From: a virus
Taxonomy: Duplodnaviria > Caudoviricetes
DNA length: 38,819 nt
Direction: 5' to 3' (one strand)
IMG/VR virus record: IMGVR_UViG_3300037424_001022
Coordinates: 1-38,819 of that record
Positions 25,801 to 34,975 of the stretch are shown one piece after another. The notes below the pieces were generated by a model. The model was given only the letters and a program-made list of their open reading frames with translations. It was not told where the DNA came from and made no database searches. Both the position numbers and the translations under genes were made by a program. The stretch's first letter is position 1. Each line of letters begins with the position of its first letter.

Positions 25801-28800
25801 AAGTAAAAAAACTTATTAAAGAGGGTAGCTGGAATAGAGTTGAGCCAACAATTATCCGGCAGAGTTTGGTTACTGGTGAAGTTGATGAAATTAAACCACC
25901 TATAGAAAAAGAGGAACCAGTTGAGGAAATATCAGACGAAAAATATGTAAGTGATTTGGTTGATGAGGATAAGGCAGCATTTGATATTGCTTTCAAAGAT
26001 AAGTTTCCTGCTACAGCAACAAATGAGTTGTTTGCAGTATTAACAGGTGGCTTGCCTGGTGCTGGAAAATCCGCTGTTAAAAAGGAAGTTGAGATAGATA
26101 AAGTTGCTGCAGTGAATATTGACAGTGATGAGACAAAGAAACTACTTAAAGGTAATGCACCCGAAATACATGAACGAAGTTCCGAAGTAGCCAAAAGGCA
26201 AGTTTCAAAGGTAATAGATCAGAATTACTCAACAATTTACGATTCTCAGTTATCAAACTATCCGCTGGCTAAAAAGCTGATTGATGATAGAATTGAGAAA
26301 GGTGGCAAGGTTTACATTGCTTATGTTAGCATTGGGCCGGAAACATCGAGAACACGAAGCGTAACCAGGTATTTAGCATTTGAATCTGATAGATGGATAC
26401 CTGAAAAGGCCATAGTTAAGGGTGAAAACAGGGCTGCACCGACATTTGCACAAATTTACCAGGAATACAAGGATAATCCGCAAGTATCATTTGTGGTTAA
26501 AGATGTAGATGAAGATTATGCTACTCCAAAAGCCGTTTTATCTATAATCAATGGTAAAGAGAAATTCGTTAATCAAAAACTACTTGACAACATCGTGGAA
26601 ATTGATTATGTTTCACGTGGGAAAGGAGACAATAAACGCTATGAAAGGAAAAATGAATACACGCTTGAAGATCTCCACAGAAGCGGAGATGAAATCCTTA
26701 GACGAATCCATTCTGGCCTCGATAGAAAGAGGAATGAATTCCCTGACCGGAACATCCCAAACTACACACTTGAAGAACTCAGAGAAAAAATCCGATCAGA
26801 AGAACTCAAAGCCCGAAGGGAAGGAGGCGAAGTAATTGATGAAGAATATACAGTTAGTGAGCCAAGTGAAAGAGTGGATGAAGGATTACAAGCCGAAGGA
26901 ATACAAAAGCCTGCAGAGGGAGGGGAAACTACAGGAGGAATCGGAAGCACTAGCGAAACAGGTAGGACAGATGATCAACCAACTTCTGGAGAGCAACCCG
27001 AATTTGAACCCAATCGAAGCGAGGGAGTTAGCGTACGCGGAACTACTCCCGACAAACCAAAGTTAAATCAAAATAACTACCGAATAGTTCCATCCGATAA
27101 AATCGGTGAGGGAAGTTTCAATATTGATGATAAAATTGCATCCAATGTTGAAGCCATCAAAACACTAAAGAAAATCCTTAAAGAAAACAGACCTGCCAAA
27201 CCAGGTGAGAAAAAGAAACTGGTGCAGTATGTTGGTTGGGGTGGACTTCCACAAGCATTTAATCAGTATGAACCGAAATACAAACCATATTACGACACAC
27301 TGAAAAAGCTGCTTACCGAAAAAGAATTTGATGATGCAAGAGCATCTACAATCAATGCTCACTATACATCACCCGAAGTAATTAACACTATGTATGATGT
27401 GTTGAAACGATTAGGTTACAAAGGTGGTGGCCGAGTGCTGGAACCAGGAATGGGAACCGGACACTTTTTCGGAATGATGCAAAAGAATGTTTCTGATGTT
27501 ACTGAACTGCATGGTGTTGAACTTGATACACTGACGGCACAGATAGCCAGGCTGTTATATCCTGATGCAATTATAAACAGTGGTGAGAATGTTGGTAAGG
27601 GATATGAAGAAACTTTTTATCCTGATAATTATTTTGATGTTGCTGTTTCTAATGTTCCGTTTGCCAATATTAAAATGACAGACCGATTCGATACCAAGGC
27701 TGATTACAGTAAGATGAAATTATCACTTCATAATTTCTTCTTCGCTAAAACAATGGAAAAGTTAAAACCAGGTGGATTGATGATGTTTGTAACGACACAC
27801 TACACGCTGGATGCAACTGATTCAAGTTTCCGAAATTACTTATCAACCAAAGCTGATTTCCTTGGTGCAATCAGATTACCGAACACAGCATTTAAGAAAA
27901 ATGCCAACACTGATGTAGTAGCTGATATACTTGTATTCCGAAAGAAAGATGGAACTGAAATTAAAAAATCCAGGGACTTCATTGAATCTAATCGGGATGA
28001 AGAACTGAGCATTTACTACAATGATTATTTCAGAGAATTCCCCGAACAGGTATTGGGAACCATCACGAATAAAGGCACAATGTATCAAAAGGGTGAATTG
28101 ACAGTTGAGCCTAATAAAGAAGTTCCGATGGAAAAACAGTTGAATGATGCAGTCAAGCACTTTCCGACAAATATATTTGGTGCTAATCCTGATCAGAAAG
28201 CAAATCAGCAAAAGTTTGATGATGTAAAGCTTACGAATAAGAAAGAGGGCAGTTATGTTAAAGAGGGTAAGAAGATATACCAGTCAAAAGGTAAAAAGCT
28301 GGTTGAGGTTGGTGAATTAACCGACAAACAGCAAGCGAAAATGGATAAGCTGATTCAGTTGAGGGATGGTTTGAATTTGCTGATTGATACACAGCGAACC
28401 AATGCAGATGATAAAGCATTTGAACCGATACTGAAAAAAGTAAACAAGATGTATGATGATTTTGTAAAGAACGAAGGAAACATATCATCACTGGCAACAC
28501 GCAATGTATTCAAAGATGATCCTGATTACTACAGGCTGCTTGCACTGGAAGTAATTAACCCTGAGACAGGTGAGGTAGTAGATAAAGCTGGTATTTTGAA
28601 GGGTAGAGTATTATTCCCTGAAAAATCAATTACCAAAGTTGATAGCAGTAAAGAGGGATTGGCAGTAGTTCAGAATGAACTTGGAAAGGTTGATATTGAC
28701 CGGATTGCAAACCTGACAGGCAAACCCGCTGAGGCAGTAATAAAAGAATTGGAAGATGAAGAACTCATTTTTGAAAACCCCGAATCAAATCAATATGAAC

Positions 28801-31800
28801 CTGCAGATACTTACCTTTCAGGAATGGTAAGACAAAAGCTTAAAGTTGCTGAGGAATTGGTAAAAATCAATCCTAAATACCAAAAGCATATTGAAGCACT
28901 TAAAAAGGTTCAGCCGACAGATTTGAAATATTCTGAAATCAGTGTTCAGCCTGGTGCTACATGGGTTGAGCCAGGTGATTATACTGAATTCTTAGAGACT
29001 TTGGTGGATGTTCAGAATTCCAATATTAACGTGAAATACAACACAGCATTAGACCGGTGGCAGGTGGATGATTATGATTGGAGAGTTCAACAATCATCAA
29101 ACAACAATAAGAAATTCGGAACAAATTACTACACTGCAACCAGGCTATTTGAAGATGCACTGAATCACAAGCTGCCTACTGTATGGTATAAGGATCCGGT
29201 TACGGAAGCCCGAAAAATAGATGCTGATAAATCCGCTGTAGTAAGAGAAAAACAGGAACAAATCAAAAATGAATTCAAAAACTGGATTTGGAACGATAAA
29301 GACAGGAGAGACAGGCTCACCCGAAAATACAATGATGAGTTCAATCAGATTAGAGTTAGAACTTACGATGGCAACCATTTATCATTCCCTGGATTAAGCA
29401 AAAGGATTCAGGGCAGGGATTTCAACCTGAGAGATTATCAGAAAAATGCAATTTGGAGAATAACACAAAACCCGAATAATTTGATTGCACACGCTGTAGG
29501 CAGTGGTAAGACTTCAACAATGGCTACTGCAGCTATGGAACTAAGGCGATTGGGATTAAAGAAGAAGATTTTAATTGTAGTTCCAAACCATTTAACTGAG
29601 CAATTCGGCAGGGAATTTCAAGAACTATATCCACAGGCCAGGATATTAGTTCCATCAAAGACTGATTTTGAGAAAAAGAACCGGAAAGTAATTCTATCAA
29701 GGATTGCTACAAATGATTGGGATTCTGTAATTGTAGCATATTCTCATTTTAAGATGATACCGATGAGTGCTGAGGCAGTGGAAAAGTTTCTCACGAAACA
29801 ATTAAATGAACTTGAAATTGCAATCATTGAGGCCAAGGGTGAGGACAGACGCGATACCCGATTGATTAAAGAACTGGAAAATGCAAAGAAAAAGCTGAAA
29901 GAGAAGATCGTAAAACAGATTGAAAAGATAAAAAAGGATATTACGATCAGTTGGGAAGAATTAGGAATTGATCAGATGTTTGTTGATGAAGCCCACAATT
30001 TTAAGAATTTCAAAGTTCCAACTAAATTAACAGGTATTGCTGGTTTGGGTGGTTCCAATGCTGACAGGGCAATGGATATGATGATGAAGATTGAGCATAT
30101 CAACGATAATTATGGTGGTGGTGTTACGTTTGCAACCGGAACCCCTGTAAGTAATAGCCTGGTAGAATTCTTTGTAATGCAGCGATACTTACAGCCAAAA
30201 GCACTAAAGAATTTTGATATTTACAATCTTGATCAGTGGATATTCAATTTCGGTAAAATACAAACCAAGCTTGAACTTACTCCCGAAGGTAATGGCTACA
30301 GGTCAAAAACAAGATTTTCAGCACTTGATAATTTACCGGAGTTAATGCAGATCTATTCAGAGGTAGCTGATATTATCGGGCCGGAAGTAATTCAGAAACA
30401 AGTTAAGCTGCCTACTCACGTTGGAGGTAAACCAAGGATAATTGAAATTGAGCCAAGTGATGAAATGCTCAAATTTTGGGAAAACCTTGTAAAGCGGGCT
30501 GAATGGTGTAAAAAGAATCCGAAGGAAAGAAGGGTTGATAATTTCCTTAAAATAACCAATGACGGCAGGTTTGCATCAGTTGATTTAAGATTAACTAATA
30601 AAGCTACAGATGATCCGAATAGTAAATTCAACAAGTGTATTGATGAAGTTTCGCGGATTCATAAACAGGAAAAAGAGAAAAAGGGGACGCAATTAGTATT
30701 CCTGGATATGGGTGTTCCAGGTGGCAGCCGAATGGATTTGTATGCTGAAATGAAAAAGAAGCTGATGGCTAAGGGTATGCCCGAGAAAGAAATTGCTTTC
30801 ATTCATTCTGCTAAAACCAAAGCCCAAAGACTTGCATTGTTCGATAAGCTTAACATGGGTGAAGTTAGAGTATTGATCGGGACTACTGATAAGATGAGTG
30901 AGGGAATGAATGTTCAGAAACGATTGTATGCAATTCATCATTTATCGGTTCCCTGGAAACCATCACAGATTGAGCAACGTAATGGCAGAATTTTCAGATT
31001 TGGAAACATATACGATCAGGTTGAAGAAATCCGGTATGTAGTTAAAGGAGTGAACAAAACCACAGGATTTGATTCTTACCTTTGGCAAATACTTGAAAAT
31101 AAAGCACGTGGAATTGCTCAGGCAATGAATACTGATACTTCCGTCAGATCAATCGAGGAAGCTGATGGAAGGGCTTTAACTTATGCTGAGGTTAAGGCTA
31201 TTGCATCCGGTAATCCGCTGATACTTGAAAAGGTTGAACTTGATAATGATGTAACCAGGCTGGAAAGACTTGAAACTGAGTGGAGAGTTAATTTAAGCGA
31301 CACACAAAGGGAAATTGCTACACTACCCGAAAAGATTGATAATTCCAGGGAGTTGGTTAAAAAATACAAAGGCTTGAAGTTCCCCGATTCATTTGATACC
31401 ATTATTGATGGTGTGAAATATTCTGAGGAATCTGATAAAGAAGCCAGGAAAAAAGCTGGTGAACAAATAATAAAGATTGCCGGTGATTTTGTTACGGCTG
31501 CAGATAAAGCTGGAAAGCCATCAGACTTTAAGAAAATTGGCAGTATTGGAAAGTTTGATGTTGGAATCAGGGTTGAGGAGGTTTACATTGATGGTAAACC
31601 ACAATGGATTTCCAACCTGGTAACATATCCACAGGGAACGGACTGGTTTGCTCAAACTGCTATCAGCTATCCGGTAAGTGTTGTAGGTGGTGTTAATTCC
31701 AATCATATAATGGAATACGGCACAGTTATCAACAAGTTATTAACCAGTGAAGAACAAACCCTGGGTATTCGTGAAAAGCGATTAGAGGACTTGAAAAAGG

Positions 31801-34800
31801 AAATTGACAAAAAATCTCCTTATTCAGATGATCTCAAAGCTAAACTGAAACGGCAGCAAGAACTGGATGCTTTGCTGGAAGTTAAAGACAAAAAGAATAC
31901 TACTGAGGATGTTGGCCAGGGTGGAATCGAACAAGAGGAATCTGATCTTGAGCAAGTTGATGAGACTGAAAAGACTGAGGAAGGTGAAGAAACCGAGGAA
32001 ACAGTAAAGCCAAAGTTGTATGAATTGCTACGGACTGCAGAAGTATTCAAGGTTAAAGAATTGGCCGAGGAATCCGGTAAGAGTGAAAAAGAAGTAGCAC
32101 AGGCCTTGAATGATTTGAGGAAACAGAAGTTAATCGAATCGGTGGAAGGTGGATTTAAGCCCACAGACGAATTTAAGATACTCCTGGAAGATTTGAACCG
32201 GAACCCTGAGAAGTATGAGGAAGATTTCAATAAACTCTATTCTAACCCGCTGCCTGCCATCCTAAAGGGTGTTTTGAATGTTCCAACGATTGTTGATGAT
32301 ATGTGGAAAAGGCTGGCAGGAGAAAAGATTTACAAGGGCTTGGGTAGTGTAGTTGATAAGATCACTCCTGAAAGACTGAAAGAATTGGTTGTAACCAATT
32401 ACGGACTACCTACAGAATATCTGACAACCAGGAGAGAGGCTTTTGATGCTTTTGAAAGATATAAAGCAATAGCCAAAAATATTGCTGAAAATCTGAAATA
32501 TCGTAATCCGGTTACTGGTGAAGTATTTACAGAGGCCGAACAAAAGCGTTTGGCCCAGGTTATCAAAGGTTCAATTACCAACGTTCCATTGATCAAACAA
32601 AGGGCTGACCTTGCAATCAGAGAAATTAAAGAACTTGAAAAATTGGGTAAGGAATTAGAAGTATTACCGATTGAAACTTACAATACAAAGCTACCGAGAA
32701 CCAGGATAAATGAGCTACTGGAAGAAAAACGGAAATTGGAGGAGAAACGTGATAAAATCCTTAAACAATTCAAAAAAGTAAAGGGTGAGGATAAAGAAGC
32801 TGAGAAGATCCGCAAGCGTTCAACCAAGGCCATTGATGATAAGATTGAGGATATTCATAAGAGAATCCGAACCAGCTATGTTTTGGGTGGAACCGGTTAC
32901 TTAAAGCGGGTGTATTTAACGAAGGAACAGGAATTACGATTATCCAAATATGGAATAACTAGGCCAACACGACTTGACTTAACATCAGCAATTCAGAGAA
33001 AAGATATTCCCTGGGAAGTAAGAAAGGAAATGGGAGAAATACTGACCGCTGCTTATCCTGCAGCAAAAGGTATTATGTTGGAGGGTAAGGATGTATCATT
33101 CGGTAGATTCTTTGAGGTGATCAGTGAAAATCCATCGTGGAGTAGTGAATCTGAGGTTGCTGGTTGGGTTCAGATGCCGGAGGATTATAAACTTGGTAAG
33201 CTGCAAGGAATGTGGGTAGAACCGCATATTGCTGGTGATATTAACGATGTGCTAAAGTTTACTGATAAAGATGAAATGGATAAGTTCTTAAAGAAGATCA
33301 ATAGTATTTGGAAAGCAAGTAAGACTATAATGAATCCATCTACTCACCTGAGAAATGTTTACAGTAACACAATACTACTAGATTTCAGCGGTGTTTCTCA
33401 CGTTGATCAGTTGAGGATATTACCAAAGGCTATTCAGGCAGTTCAGGGTAAGGGCAAATATGCTCAGGAATTCGAAGCCAGCCATTTGAATAATACTACT
33501 TTCACGAAAGAGGAATTAGGAAATTATCTCAGCCAGGTAGAAGCTGATGGCCGTTCATTCCTGGATTTATCACTTGGTGAAAAGATTGCTAAGGTATATG
33601 GAAAAGCAACACTGGTTGATACCAAGTTAGGTGAGTTCATGGGCAAAGTTTATCAGATGGAAGAAGTATTGGGGAAATCTGTTAAATTCATCAGTGAACT
33701 TGAAAAGGGTAAAACAATTAAAGAAGCCAGGCAGGAAGCTAACAAATGGCTGTTTGATTATACTGAAATACCAAGGATTGTAAGATACCTGAGAACTAAT
33801 CCTGTATTTGGTGTTCCGTTCATTACGTGGAGTTATAAAGCATTTCCGCGGATAATTGAAGCTGCAATTACAAGGCCTATAAGTTTTTGGAAATATCCGG
33901 TTATATTCTCAGCACTGGCCAAGTATGCACTTCAAGCACTTGATTTGGATGATAAGGATTGGGAAGAAATTAAAGCATATATGCCCGAAAGAATGTTGAA
34001 GGGTGAATGGCTGTTACTTCCGTTTAAGGATGAAAACAATAAGATTCAGATGGTTGATTTAACCTGGATATTACCTTACAAAGATGTGTATGATGTGATG
34101 AGTAGTGGTGTAACGCTGGTTACTACCGGTCAGTTCAATAATTCTGATGATATTGTAGATGGTTTGTTAGGACTAATTCAAGCACCGATACTCAAATCAT
34201 TTTCAGAATTGTCAACTAACCGGAATACTTACACTAATCAGGAAATTTGGTTTGATATTGATGAACCGCAAGAAAAGCTGCTTAAAGTATTCGATTATAT
34301 GTATAAAACTTACATGCCATCACTTGCACCCGAAATACCCTGGTTATCGAGGGGTGGATATGCTTATCACAAGCTGAGATCAGTAATTACCGGCAGGGAT
34401 GATTATTATGGCAGAACATTCGGAATAATACCTGCAATTACTTCAAGTTTGCTTGGTATTAAAACATCACCTATTGAGCCTGAAAAGAATGTTGATATGT
34501 TTTTGGCAAAGAAACAGAGTGAACTTATTCAGCTTGCTACAAAGAGGAACCAGGTATTACGTGATGGAGGATTGACCGAAACCCAAAGAATATCAAAGGC
34601 TGAGGAACTTGAAACTCAGATGGATATGGTAAGACAGCAAATTGGAGATTTGAAATTGCCTGTTAAGAACCAGGATATTATCAAAACTGAATCATCCATC
34701 CGTAAGCTGCAGGATAAACTGAGCAATGTAAGCTTAAAGCAGGTCAATACACGAAGGGAATTAACGATCAAAATTAACCAGTTGAAAATAAAGCTGAATG

Positions 34801-34913
34801 AACTGATGAGTAGTCCTGATGCTTACACTGGTGAATTCAAAAAGGGTAAAGAGGAAAAGCAGCGAAAGACTTTCAATAAGTCAACCAGCAAGCCATTTGG
34901 TAAAGAATTCTGA
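22830..34913 (+). CDS. Giant polyvalent DarB-like virion protein: zeta-toxin-like P-loop kinase, N6-adenine DNA methylase, SNF2-type helicase, winged helix, LPD38-like C-terminus
   Basis: GGLPGAGKS at 26046-26072 with IDSDETK and HERS; VLEPGMGTG at 27435-27461 and NVPF at 27651-27662; AHAVGSGKT at 29487-29513, DEAH at 29985-29996, FATGTP, EQRNGRIFR at 30972-30998; HTH at about 32013-32175; C-terminal 'NP.THLRN', 'FDY', 'PF.TW.YK', 'NRNTYTNQEI'. Confidence 0.9.
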   Translation: MAKDKRPRQRETNQSGLQDYLNSLTVPETDTARIEEETGLSRVKFPWEDKYVRPAGETDAGVKPAALPDTLKERQPSRFEDLFKPTTTEASTLKTPGVNKLAVSPEQGADEELPGRLKNLSELRTEIDDRLKTIDKSNEGEVTEFNKLIDLYEGQLNQLKTNFPLFNLSPDVVEKTLTSRMPDMQQTELRPLDESNLDVDFSVMPGLKVKGKKPLGETELSDNQRAYNYQLLVKAINRDIPISEAEKQSDIRGTQLGRLGGSFAQGLLSVPEGIAGMGEYLADRTGVNVFKEFFKEKGQGLQNIIEGVAPADPNFAEGISSGFGSMITFMIPATALANIGSYAGLSARVAKWLGIGAASMLESMTEAGIVYRQSNGDAAATEKTFLANLLLITVTNKFGILGDQAVGLKKALLSMPMEGLQEGFQEIISNASQNKPIPWNDVLSSLAIGDIVGGATGFVTPSQPNSFEDLFPRHATSPATPTETPLQPPSGVEVGKIGGDIAEQTKDLMSLEELAQEKKMETELSKLKVKFEGVEKDDQGRQFVYFTDESIKPKTEKGEQVPATYRIPLEKYTPDAVKTMITRGREKFGKETGVTEPVKAAEPIKETVAPIEEIKAEKVEVAEIPAKVEPSKTEATSYKDMDIPTYMELTPSDIEDFDLQISEEETRQTDSLDRDIKNVQQSLTELKGKKDKKTRELKTELNKKLDTLKSEKKKIQSKYENDSIEFGLQLRDFIIDKAKKEGVNLPEDELYEVADDVFMKLQPPFTEKTWKVKVSKLIDDSIAQFKETLGTETPVEPTAEDFKKMSYYQFAKWYSKNGSDPQTRMRAGNLEMGRTDEFVSAAFKNAQEGGEKPVIKEPAVEELPGDIEDLIDKYEGRFEVEKSKIGKGYRVVDQQTGEVARIGGELDTAQKLDTALAEYVKKHPQMKAKPVETIPVKSKKVEESELKVGDILDPQGKTNMVGNVTITEISGNTIKFTDSKGTDYSGMAKSQVKKLIKEGSWNRVEPTIIRQSLVTGEVDEIKPPIEKEEPVEEISDEKYVSDLVDEDKAAFDIAFKDKFPATATNELFAVLTGGLPGAGKSAVKKEVEIDKVAAVNIDSDETKKLLKGNAPEIHERSSEVAKRQVSKVIDQNYSTIYDSQLSNYPLAKKLIDDRIEKGGKVYIAYVSIGPETSRTRSVTRYLAFESDRWIPEKAIVKGENRAAPTFAQIYQEYKDNPQVSFVVKDVDEDYATPKAVLSIINGKEKFVNQKLLDNIVEIDYVSRGKGDNKRYERKNEYTLEDLHRSGDEILRRIHSGLDRKRNEFPDRNIPNYTLEELREKIRSEELKARREGGEVIDEEYTVSEPSERVDEGLQAEGIQKPAEGGETTGGIGSTSETGRTDDQPTSGEQPEFEPNRSEGVSVRGTTPDKPKLNQNNYRIVPSDKIGEGSFNIDDKIASNVEAIKTLKKILKENRPAKPGEKKKLVQYVGWGGLPQAFNQYEPKYKPYYDTLKKLLTEKEFDDARASTINAHYTSPEVINTMYDVLKRLGYKGGGRVLEPGMGTGHFFGMMQKNVSDVTELHGVELDTLTAQIARLLYPDAIINSGENVGKGYEETFYPDNYFDVAVSNVPFANIKMTDRFDTKADYSKMKLSLHNFFFAKTMEKLKPGGLMMFVTTHYTLDATDSSFRNYLSTKADFLGAIRLPNTAFKKNANTDVVADILVFRKKDGTEIKKSRDFIESNRDEELSIYYNDYFREFPEQVLGTITNKGTMYQKGELTVEPNKEVPMEKQLNDAVKHFPTNIFGANPDQKANQQKFDDVKLTNKKEGSYVKEGKKIYQSKGKKLVEVGELTDKQQAKMDKLIQLRDGLNLLIDTQRTNADDKAFEPILKKVNKMYDDFVKNEGNISSLATRNVFKDDPDYYRLLALEVINPETGEVVDKAGILKGRVLFPEKSITKVDSSKEGLAVVQNELGKVDIDRIANLTGKPAEAVIKELEDEELIFENPESNQYEPADTYLSGMVRQKLKVAEELVKINPKYQKHIEALKKVQPTDLKYSEISVQPGATWVEPGDYTEFLETLVDVQNSNINVKYNTALDRWQVDDYDWRVQQSSNNNKKFGTNYYTATRLFEDALNHKLPTVWYKDPVTEARKIDADKSAVVREKQEQIKNEFKNWIWNDKDRRDRLTRKYNDEFNQIRVRTYDGNHLSFPGLSKRIQGRDFNLRDYQKNAIWRITQNPNNLIAHAVGSGKTSTMATAAMELRRLGLKKKILIVVPNHLTEQFGREFQELYPQARILVPSKTDFEKKNRKVILSRIATNDWDSVIVAYSHFKMIPMSAEAVEKFLTKQLNELEIAIIEAKGEDRRDTRLIKELENAKKKLKEKIVKQIEKIKKDITISWEELGIDQMFVDEAHNFKNFKVPTKLTGIAGLGGSNADRAMDMMMKIEHINDNYGGGVTFATGTPVSNSLVEFFVMQRYLQPKALKNFDIYNLDQWIFNFGKIQTKLELTPEGNGYRSKTRFSALDNLPELMQIYSEVADIIGPEVIQKQVKLPTHVGGKPRIIEIEPSDEMLKFWENLVKRAEWCKKNPKERRVDNFLKITNDGRFASVDLRLTNKATDDPNSKFNKCIDEVSRIHKQEKEKKGTQLVFLDMGVPGGSRMDLYAEMKKKLMAKGMPEKEIAFIHSAKTKAQRLALFDKLNMGEVRVLIGTTDKMSEGMNVQKRLYAIHHLSVPWKPSQIEQRNGRIFRFGNIYDQVEEIRYVVKGVNKTTGFDSYLWQILENKARGIAQAMNTDTSVRSIEEADGRALTYAEVKAIASGNPLILEKVELDNDVTRLERLETEWRVNLSDTQREIATLPEKIDNSRELVKKYKGLKFPDSFDTIIDGVKYSEESDKEARKKAGEQIIKIAGDFVTAADKAGKPSDFKKIGSIGKFDVGIRVEEVYIDGKPQWISNLVTYPQGTDWFAQTAISYPVSVVGGVNSNHIMEYGTVINKLLTSEEQTLGIREKRLEDLKKEIDKKSPYSDDLKAKLKRQQELDALLEVKDKKNTTEDVGQGGIEQEESDLEQVDETEKTEEGEETEETVKPKLYELLRTAEVFKVKELAEESGKSEKEVAQALNDLRKQKLIESVEGGFKPTDEFKILLEDLNRNPEKYEEDFNKLYSNPLPAILKGVLNVPTIVDDMWKRLAGEKIYKGLGSVVDKITPERLKELVVTNYGLPTEYLTTRREAFDAFERYKAIAKNIAENLKYRNPVTGEVFTEAEQKRLAQVIKGSITNVPLIKQRADLAIREIKELEKLGKELEVLPIETYNTKLPRTRINELLEEKRKLEEKRDKILKQFKKVKGEDKEAEKIRKRSTKAIDDKIEDIHKRIRTSYVLGGTGYLKRVYLTKEQELRLSKYGITRPTRLDLTSAIQRKDIPWEVRKEMGEILTAAYPAAKGIMLEGKDVSFGRFFEVISENPSWSSESEVAGWVQMPEDYKLGKLQGMWVEPHIAGDINDVLKFTDKDEMDKFLKKINSIWKASKTIMNPSTHLRNVYSNTILLDFSGVSHVDQLRILPKAIQAVQGKGKYAQEFEASHLNNTTFTKEELGNYLSQVEADGRSFLDLSLGEKIAKVYGKATLVDTKLGEFMGKVYQMEEVLGKSVKFISELEKGKTIKEARQEANKWLFDYTEIPRIVRYLRTNPVFGVPFITWSYKAFPRIIEAAITRPISFWKYPVIFSALAKYALQALDLDDKDWEEIKAYMPERMLKGEWLLLPFKDENNKIQMVDLTWILPYKDVYDVMSSGVTLVTTGQFNNSDDIVDGLLGLIQAPILKSFSELSTNRNTYTNQEIWFDIDEPQEKLLKVFDYMYKTYMPSLAPEIPWLSRGGYAYHKLRSVITGRDDYYGRTFGIIPAITSSLLGIKTSPIEPEKNVDMFLAKKQSELIQLATKRNQVLRDGGLTETQRISKAEELETQMDMVRQQIGDLKLPVKNQDIIKTESSIRKLQDKLSNVSLKQVNTRRELTIKINQLKIKLNELMSSPDAYTGEFKKGKEEKQRKTFNKSTSKPFGKEF
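26584..26614 (+). promoter_or_regulatory. Internal promoter inside giant gene (putative)
   Basis: TTGACA (26584-26589), 17-nt spacer, TATGTTTC (26607-26614). Same geometry as the intergenic promoters at 34917 and 36709. Followed by AAAGGAG at 26622-26628. Confidence 0.6.
26641..26835 (+). CDS. Overprinted small ORF A (+1 frame, 64 aa), candidate antitoxin of the zeta-like domain
   Basis: Upstream promoter and AAAGGAG precede ATG 26641 (alternative: GAAAGGA before ATG 26653). Helical core 'STEAEMKSLDESILASIERGMNSL'. The function is inferred from position only. Confidence 0.45.
   Translation: MKGKMNTRLKISTEAEMKSLDESILASIERGMNSLTGTSQTTHLKNSEKKSDQKNSKPEGKEAK
26836..27066 (+). CDS. Overprinted small ORF B (+1 frame, about 76 aa), TnpV-like helical protein
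   Basis: Perfect AAGGAGG at 26821-26827, 8 nt before TTG 26836 (ATG at 26839). The product looks like a real amphipathic helical protein, while the host frame here is a disordered G/E/T/R linker. Confidence 0.65.
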   Translation: MMKNIQLVSQVKEWMKDYKPKEYKSLQREGKLQEESEALAKQVGQMINQLLESNPNLNPIEARELAYAELLPTNQS

Positions 34914-34916
34914 GAA

Positions 34917-34947
34917 TTGTAATGAGTGCAATATGCTGTTATATTTG
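34917..34947 (+). promoter_or_regulatory. Promoter of lysis cassette (putative)
   Basis: TTGTAA (34917-34922), 17-nt spacer, TATATTTG (34940-34947, matching TAnnTTTG), in the gap after the giant gene. Confidence 0.6.
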
Positions 34948-34975
34948 CGACAGACAAACAAGAAAGGTTTTTGAT

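Noticed and set aside
27070-31300. Intein or intron in the methylase-helicase
   Set aside because: No C/S-start ... HN-C/S/T splice motifs or LAGLIDADG blocks were seen, and motif spacing fits DarB-like proteins.
31804-31832. Additional TTGACA hexamers inside genes (also near 21348 and 22583)
   Set aside because: No TAnnTTT element at 17-nt spacing and no downstream SD-led ORF noticed.
22886-32596. Many minus-strand ORFs antisense to the giant gene and elsewhere
   Set aside because: They are Ser/Phe/Leu-rich mirror translations of Glu/Lys-rich coding DNA, and I noticed no supporting SD or promoter.
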